Assembly (NCBI RefSeq): GCF_009914755.1
Contig: NC_060929.1
DNA: 64,000 bases
Direction: 5' to 3' (one strand)
Origin: the human T2T-CHM13v2.0 reference genome, Homo sapiens
Below are positions 56,042 to 64,000 of this stretch, piece after piece. A model generated the notes under the pieces. The model was not told where the DNA came from. It worked only from the letters and a program-made list of their open reading frames with translations, and did no database searches. The number at the start of each line of letters is the position of its first letter. Position 1 is the first letter of the stretch. The translations under genes were made by a program, and so were the position numbers.

Positions 56042-56400
56042 AAATGATGAGTTCATGTCCTTTGTAGGGACATGGATGAAGTTGGAAATCATCAGTCTCA
56101 GTAAACTATCGCAAGGACAAAAAACCAAACACTGCATGTTCTCACTCATAGATGGGAATTGAACAATGAGAACACATGGACACAGGAAGGGGAACATCAC
56201 ACTCTGGGGACTGTTGTGGGGTGGGGGGAGGGGGGAGGGATAGCATTAGGAGATATACCTAATGCTAAATGACGAGTTAATGGGTGCAGCACACCAGCAT
56301 GGCACATGTATACATATGTAACTAACCTGCACATTGTGCACATGTACCCTAAAACTTAAAGTATAATAATAATAATAATAATAATAAAATAAAGTAAAGA
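56042..56400 (+). mobile_element. Young L1PA 3' end fragment with (AAT)n tail
   Basis: gagttcatgtcctttgtagggacatggatg...gtaccctaaaacttaaagtataataat. Confidence 0.95.
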
Positions 56401-57072
56401 TAAAGTCATAATTGTTTAAATGATTATTTTGGATATTACTTTGCTTGGTTTTCCCAGCATCTTTTCCTCCTTCTGGGATTAATAGACTACCTTTAGTAAA
56501 GATTGCTAATCATAGTACATTGTGCCCACAGTGATTAGTCCAAGGAGTGGGCACCAGACATATGTCATGCCAGTCAGACTCTTCCTTATGAATTTAAGCT
56601 TGAGTTAGAGGAATGAGCCCTTCTATCTCAGATGGTAAAGTTGTAAGGATATTAATCCAGCATTCACTAGTGGTAGTGATTCAACCTTGGAATGAGAGTT
56701 TTAAGCAGACAGAGGAATAAAAGACAAGATGGAACCAAAGAAAAGAAGACAAGAAACAGTGTTGAAAAGGTTTTTCATGTCTCTAGTTCTAATTCCTGAG
56801 GTCCTCAAGAACCCTAATTTTTGTTATTCCTGGTCTTGGTCATTCATGTTCAATCTATGAGCTGATCCAGTGTCCTTTAAAAATATCTGCAAACACACCT
56901 GCCTTCTTTTTTAAGACCCTCCTTATCTTTAGTTTACATTTATCCATTCCTTTAAGTAGAATGCTTTAATATATTAACTAAGGATGAAACTTCAAACATG
57001 TTGTTAATTGGTAGAAAAATTTGAGGATAATGGAATTATAGGATTAAATGAGATAATATATATCAAACATTC

Positions 57073-57106
57073 ACACTTGATCTTAGCCAAAAGATCAAGA
57101 AGTGAT
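57073..57106 (-). pseudogene. 3'-truncated U2 snRNA fragment (first ~34 nt)
   Basis: Reverse complement ATCACTTCTTGATCTTTTGGCTAAGATCAAGTGT vs U2 ATCGCTTCTCGGCCTTTTGGCTAAGATCAAGTGT. Confidence 0.85.
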
Positions 57107-57220
57107 TTTTTTTTTTTTTTTTTGGATGAGACATCACACCAGGCTGGACTGAAACTCCTGGTCTCAAGAGCTCCTCCCCCGAGTAGCTAGGACTACAGGT
57201 GCACGCCATTGTGCTCAGCT
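57107..57220 (-). mobile_element. FLAM/Alu monomer
   Basis: Poly-T, then ccaggctgg...aactcctgg...gagtagctaggactacagg. Confidence 0.75.
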
Positions 57221-57719
57221 TTTTTTCTTTTTCTTAAAGTTGGAAAGACAGACTTTATTCAAGGGAGGCTCACAGTAATAGGTATAGGAACCACTACAAT
57301 GGGGTCTTGCAGTTGGGGAGAGAGATTAGATTCCTCAAATATTTGATCACTGTCTGGCATATATTAATTTAATAAAAAGTTATTTTAAAATTATTATCTT
57401 TCTTAATTACTTGTACAAACATGCTTTGATTATTAAATTATTTCCGGACTCTCAGTTTCACAAAACAAAAAGCAAACTTGGGTACATTTTCTACTTTATG
57501 ACATAAGTAGCCATTCAAATAATGGGAACCTATCTAGGGCCATCCATAGGGTGTGCAGGGTACAGGGCAAAACTTTTTTGTCAGGCTCCTGTCTATGTGG
57601 TTAATTTGATTTTACAATGTGTTATGAAATTCACAGGCCCATGTGAGTTATAGTGATAGGTTGATGGTGATTTAGAATAATGAGTTGAGAAGGGATTCTT
57701 TGTAGTATCTGCCAAAAAC

Positions 57720-58190
57720 TGTGAAGGTTCTGAGAGTTTACCCTAATGCAATCTAACAAGTTAGTTTGTTACTATTTCGAGGATACTGGCAAAAAAACAG
57801 GAGACTCCTGGGTCAGAGGCAAAGGATTTAATTGCTCACAGTACAGCAAAAAGCATGAGCATCAGCATATTTGCATTGGTTCTCCTTGCCAAGTATCAGA
57901 GCTTGATGAAATGGGCTTAGATGATACCTGTACTTGCAGTGAGTTGCATTAAAGTAGGGGTCCCAAGGGTACAGGACTCTCTGAGCAAGCTACAAAATGT
58001 TGTAGCAGGTAGCAAATCATTCAGACCCCTCCTGCTACAAACCTGGAGTCTTATTGTGGTCACTTTGACCTACTTAGTGCCTATGTGTCCCTGATCAGTA
58101 ACAGGGGATGGATAAGGCTAGTAATCTGGCACACAGAGCAAGAACATGCAAGCCTGATCAGGCCCATGGCAGATGACATTTTCTAATAGT
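57720..58190. mobile_element. Old ERV LTR (family uncertain)
   Basis: tgtgaaggttctgagagtttacccta...gagactcctgggtcagag resembles recalled ERVL-class LTRs. Confidence 0.5.
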
Positions 58191-59531
58191 ATCCAGGTAT
58201 CATCTTTTCCTGTTCAGGTACAGGAGCCCTCTCTTCTTTATTGTAAAATGTACCATTCCTGGCTAATTTTATATCTCTTACTCAAAGAAAAAGGCATTAA
58301 CATTGTTATTACTCATAAGGTCATGGCTTGCTGGAACCTGCTTATATTGAAAAATATAGATCTTGCCTCTGCAGTTCCCTAATACCATTTATTTAATTCT
58401 GGTTACATGATTGCTCATGACTTTGCATCATCCATAGTGCTTTCCATGATTGCTGGCCCCCAAAGACTCTCTTAAATGTTGTTACTATGTTTTATTGATG
58501 ATGAACAGAAATGTAAACTTACCCAGACTATGCAGAAACATGTGAACAACAATTCATTCTCCATTCATGTTAAATTTCTCGTTTTGAATTTTAATGCATA
58601 AGCATAGAACAACATGACTTCCAACTATATTTTCTCTTGAACTCCTTAGGCTATAATCACTGCACACATAAAACATGATCTTCTTAAAAGTTGACTCTCT
58701 CTTCCTTCTATACACTGCCACCAGAGGAGAGAACAGATGAGGAGTTTGAGGGGAAGGGGAATGGGATAGGGAAAGAATGGTCCAATTTGTGTAAGGAAGT
58801 CCATCTTACAAAAGCATGGCATTACCACAGTGATCAATAGCCAGAGTAGATATAGATCCAAAGGCCTTAGAGTAGATAATATGACCAAATCCCAGAGAAC
58901 TGCCAGACATGGGGCATGGAACCTAAAGAAGGGGTAGGTATCTGCCACAGGGATGGCCAAGGGTACATAGGGTAAAGAATACTCTTCAGTGCTGGATCAA
59001 AGGTGGTACTGTGGTCACAACAGAGGTGAGTGTGAGCCCATGTTCTAGACCACACACTCAGATCAAGCTCAAGTTTTAGCAGTAGATTCTTTGTAGCTCT
59101 GAGTCCTGAACTTGTCTTACATCGATAAGAGAGTCGGCCAACATCTGCTGCTTGTTGGTTCCATTCTGAAAACTCAGTCTTGTGTGGTCCCACAAAAAGA
59201 AATTCTGTGCTGACATTGGGAGTTACCACTCTTCAGTCTGCTCTCTTGGATTAGAGGTCAGGCAGGGGTCTCAGGACAATCCCATCCGCATGAGCCCTAG
59301 GGTTCCATGGGCATTTGGTAGAACCCATGTCCTGGAAAGTTGGTTGGAGAAATACCTTAGTGGAGAAATGGAGAATGAAGACCTTGTGTTTTATGATCTG
59401 AGCTTGGAGAACCCTGATTGGATGGCACTGCTGGTCTAGCCACTACCAGGCATAGAGGAAGCTACAGAAAATGTAGAGAAAAACACTCCAAAGTGTGAGA
59501 TCCTTCTAGAACTGGAAATATGCAGGCCTAT

Positions 59532-59900
59532 GTACTATAGTCTGAATGCTTTTGTCCTCTGAAAATTCAAAGATGGAAACCTAATCTCCAACGTGATGGT
59601 ATCAGGAGGTGGGGCCCTTTGGGAGGCAATTAGGTCATGAGGGCTCCTCAGCATCCAGATAAAAGGTTACTGTCCTTATAAAAGAGACACTATGAGGCTT
59701 GTTCCTTCCCTCTTCCACCACATGAAGACACAGCTAGAAGATGTCATCTATGAGGGAAGGGGCCCTCATCAGACACTGAATCTGCTGATGCCTTGATCTT
59801 GAACTGTTCACCTTACAGAACGGTGAGTAATAAGTTTCTGTTGTTCATAACATACCCTGTATATGGTATTTTGTTATAGCAGTTTAAATGGACTAAGACA
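59532..59900 (+). mobile_element. MaLR LTR (MLT1A/MST-like)
   Basis: tctgaatg...ggaggtggggccctttgggagg...gccttgatcttgaact...tggactaagaca. Confidence 0.8.
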
Positions 59901-62324
59901 TTGTGCCTATCCAACATCTGACACCACCATTTTAATATTTTAATTCCTACTTTTTATGTTTTTAAACTTTTAGACTTGAAAATCAATTTCATTTGTTTAT
60001 TCTTTGCTCTCTTTCCTCTTTCAAAATATTGCACCACTCAGAATTTAATATTAATTGAAAATGTTTTTTTTAAATGTCAATAATTCCCGAAGATACTATA
60101 TTTAACCTGGGAAAATAAAAGACATTCTATGTCTTTGGGATGAGAATTGAATCACACCAGAAACTACACTCAATAAATAGTGCTTCAATGTTTCCCACAC
60201 TGCTGTTTAAATATGTATACTTAATAGTTCTATTTTCTAATTTTATATGGATGACTCAACAAATCTGTAGTTGCTAATTAAAATAATTCTGTAGTTAAGT
60301 AAAATTTGCATATAATAGATGTATTATCCTATCAAAGTATTAGACAAACTTTTGTTTTTATAGAAGTTTGTTGTGATCATCCCCATTATTTTATTTACTC
60401 CTCACAATAAGCTAATAGGTAGATACAGGCCATGTAAATAGCTGGCTTTAATAGATGAGGAAACTAAGGTGAGGGACTTAAGGTCGTCAAAGGTTATATA
60501 TTTGATGTCACAGTCATGAACAGAACTGGGCTTGCTGGACTCATCTGATGCTCTTGTGCTTCCAGCAACTACCATGTTCTTTCCCCAGGCATACCTATCA
60601 TGATTAAGATAATGTTTATTCTGAGTCTTTTTGATGTTTATCATGTCAAAAAAGATAACATGTCATTTTTCTTTCTTTCTTGATGCCTATGTTGCTTCAA
60701 GGGAATATAGTTTTAATATTCAATAGTGAATATTAAATACATCTCTTACACATGATATATGACAAGAAATCTATATTCTGCATTCAGCGTTGTACTGTTA
60801 CCCAACATTATGATATATGTGTCAATGCAGAGAACACAACGGATTGGATCCTCCTGCCAGTCACCTTTTAACTACCTAAATTTCACAGCTTCTCAGGGAT
60901 GCAGGCAGAAGAATCTTGCTGCTTGTTAGCTTTGATGCCCCCATGTCCCTTTCTTAATTCCGAATAAAGAACAAAAAGATTAGTATCCTTATGTGGTTGG
61001 TAACTGATAAGCAGAACAGTTTTCCCCATTTTCAAAAGAAGTGATGCTGTCATAACCTGCTCCTAGGGTTCCAACAGGACTTCCTGTCATTCTACAAGAT
61101 TCCAGGGATAGGTTCATAATGATTGCTTAGGTGTGCAGGCTGACATTATAAAGCTAGGGGATAGTGCAGTGTAGTGGGGAACAGCAAGAGTTCTGGAGTT
61201 AGACGAAACTAGGCAGACTCTTACTTTGCTGTTTACTGCTTGTGTGATGTGGTCAAGTCTTGTACCTACATTGAGTTCATTTGGACCTACATCAACATGT
61301 TTGTTTTTTTTTAAACTAGAATTTCCCAAATGAAAATCATTTAGTATTCTTGAAATGACTTGAAACTGGTTTCTCTGACAGTAGACTCTTATCATCAAAA
61401 TCTCTAAGGTTCTAACTATGATTTTATGATAGCCCATGTTCATCTATAGATGGTTGAGGGAGAAGTAAGTTCAATGAGTTCTGGGAACAGAAATCCAACA
61501 TTTTACACAAGTCCTTTCTAGTTCTTTGTTTTCTTTCTTTTTTGATGATATAAGTTCTGTTTCAACAATACTTTTTCACAATATCTAATGTAATACATAG
61601 GAAAAAGAGATGTGGCAGGGCAATAGAGTATGGTACAAAAAAGTAGATGTAAAACCCTTTTATAAAAAACTTTTTTTAAAAAAATAAATCATGTTCATGA
61701 ACTTCAAGGCCTCTCAGAGAAATGGTGCTGCTTGCCAAAGTCCTCTGCAGAAGTGTGTGTGATAAAAGTGTTACAGGTCCAATCTGTCTTTATGGCCCTG
61801 TTCCTTCCTTCTTCGTCACAAATACCACATACAGTTATTAAATTATATCTGAATTTATAAAAGATTGAAGAAAACAAAAAGCAATGGAGAAAGAATTGTA
61901 AATGAGAGTGACATGGCTTTCCCATGGTCCAAAGGGAAAGTGTCCCAAAATTTCTACCTTTCCTGCAAGGCCTCTTAGGAAGGTGTCCCAGTTTCTAACC
62001 TCATTCTATCATCAGGTTTGTAAGAGTTTCTCCTTGTCAATTTCTTTATCTACTGTTAGAAATTTTATTTCTTATCCACAAATTAGTCTTACTCTAGAAT
62101 TTATTTCCCTCCCTCCCAGAAGTATACTCTCCCAAGTATGAGTTGTAATAATTTCATGGGGGCTCAAGAAGGACAGTGCAAATTTGGCATTCACACTCCA
62201 AGTCTTAGAGAAAGATCTAGAATGGGTGTGGCCTTGACAAGCCTCATCTCTAAAAGTCTCTCCAATGGTGTGAGTTGCAGATGGGCATCCTTAATCTTAG
62301 TGTTAAGTGGGTAGCTGTTGGATT

Positions 62325-62417
62325 ACACACACACACACATACTCTCTCTCACACACACACACTCCCTCTCTCACACACACACTGTCTCTCACACACACAC
62401 GCACACACACACCACAC
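62325..62417. repeat. Compound (CA)n/(CT)n microsatellite
   Basis: Direct reading. Confidence 0.92.
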
Positions 62418-64000
62418 AAATGCATACACATCTCTCTTCTGGGCAAATAATGTTCAGGGACAGGAAAGACTAAATCCATAAGGAAGAAGAGAAACGAGTT
62501 TCTTCCCTATAATTTTCAAGGCCACTGTTATCCAAAGTTTGTTCTGGTGGTGTTAACATTTTTTTTTTCATTTACTTCCTCATTTCTAAATTGCATCTCA
62601 TAAGGCTACTGGGTATAAAGTAAATAACCAGTTCAGGTGTCTCATTATACCTGCTTTCTTAGCTGTATGTGACCAAACCAAAGTGTATACATTATTGCTC
62701 TTAAATAATGCACCATTCTCTTTTCTGATCTTGGTGGCAGATGTTAGTGAAGAGGCAAGGAGAGGGGAATAGATTTTATTTTTCTAGTAAACAATTATAG
62801 AACTGAATTTCTTTGCTTAATGTACATATGGGGGTAATGTTTGTAGTAATGGTCAAATAAAATTTGTTTTTTAGGATTAGAAGATAAAGACACTGTGTGC
62901 TTAAGAGTATAAGGTAACTGCTAAGCTTGATATGGAATTTTGGCTGTGCAACTAGACCTCACCTAACACAAATATAGCAAAGAGACCAATTATATGCACT
63001 TTCTTAAAGGATAAAATTTTGTTTAATGATAGATTTAATTATTGATAAAGAAGTAATGGGTTGTTTGAAACTATCAAAGCCTAGAGATTGTCTATTATTC
63101 TGTTATATTGAAGAGTATTTATTTTTCATTCTTCTTGTAACTTTCCCTTTTATAGAAATATTATTGTTTAATTTGTTTACTTTTTTTACATGCAAAAACA
63201 TGGAAAGAGCAAGGACATTGACTGGCTGGCAAATGTCAGGGCAAAAGTTATATATAATTATAGCTTCAGATGATGTCTAATTTTCCTATAGCAAGCAGCA
63301 CAAATCCCTGAAATCAGGACCAAATGCAATCTAAATTTTATACTTGGCCATAGAGATATAAAGTTCCTTTGATAGTATATCATCCATTAAATCTTTTAAA
63401 AATGTTACATAAAATATAACTAAATTTGAGATTTTCACCTTTAGTCTTTTATTCTGGATGAAGGTCAGATGTAAAGCTAAATTTTTATTTTTTACTCAGC
63501 TATTGATTTTTAGAAATTTATATTTCTTGTCATTCAGTGTGGGATAAATGCATACATATTTTATCACATCTTTTCTTGCATTAATATATTTTTGTGTGTG
63601 TGGAAAACTCTTGCCCTTCAGTGATATATATCCTGACTGCATATAATTTTGAGTGTTTTTCACATAACATTCTCAAATTTTAACTCTCTGGTCTAGTAGT
63701 TTACATATTCAAGGCAGATGTTATTTTAAATGGTCTGGCCTTATTTATGGGTTGAAATGCGTGGGTTTCTGGTACAAAGTAAATCACTCACAGATATATC
63801 TTGTGAAAATGAATAAAAGACTAAAATCAAGTATCCAAGCCTATACCCTATGCTATTCAAATGTAGCCAGTTAATATATGTTAAGCACCTATAAAGATGT
63901 TGTCCTAAAGTCAAAGCTCAAGAATTGCTATGCTGAAGGAGCTGTGATTCCTCCACACCCCAGATAGTTGTAAAATACAATTATGAACTATTGCAGTGGT

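Overview
Human-like (primate) genomic DNA, AT-rich and rich in Alu, L1, MER and ERVL repeats. It matches the RASA1-CCNH locus (5q14.3 in human). The + strand carries the last 12 coding exons of RASA1 (p120 RasGAP; C2 and RasGAP domains, 1268-17988) plus its 3'UTR. The - strand carries the complete 9-exon CCNH gene (cyclin H, 323 codons, 39900-21551), convergent with RASA1, with a CpG-rich promoter at about 39.6-40.3 kb. Every exon was checked by hand for GT-AG boundaries and frame continuity. The remaining ~24 kb is intergenic and dominated by repeats, including a nested MER58B > ERV-L > U6 insertion and a U2 fragment. I found no evidence of a new multi-gene biological system, and most short ORFs in the track are repeat-derived noise. 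The most unusual signals are: (1) a composite templated insertion at 55561-55631 that shares its source with a perfect 108-bp-period duplication inside an L1; (2) a possible divergent spliced lncRNA from the CCNH promoter; (3) an overlapping uORF on CCNH; (4) possible alternative 3' ends of both genes; (5) a non-canonical CCNH allele (Ala270). Repeat family names come from recalled consensus sequences and their boundaries are approximate.
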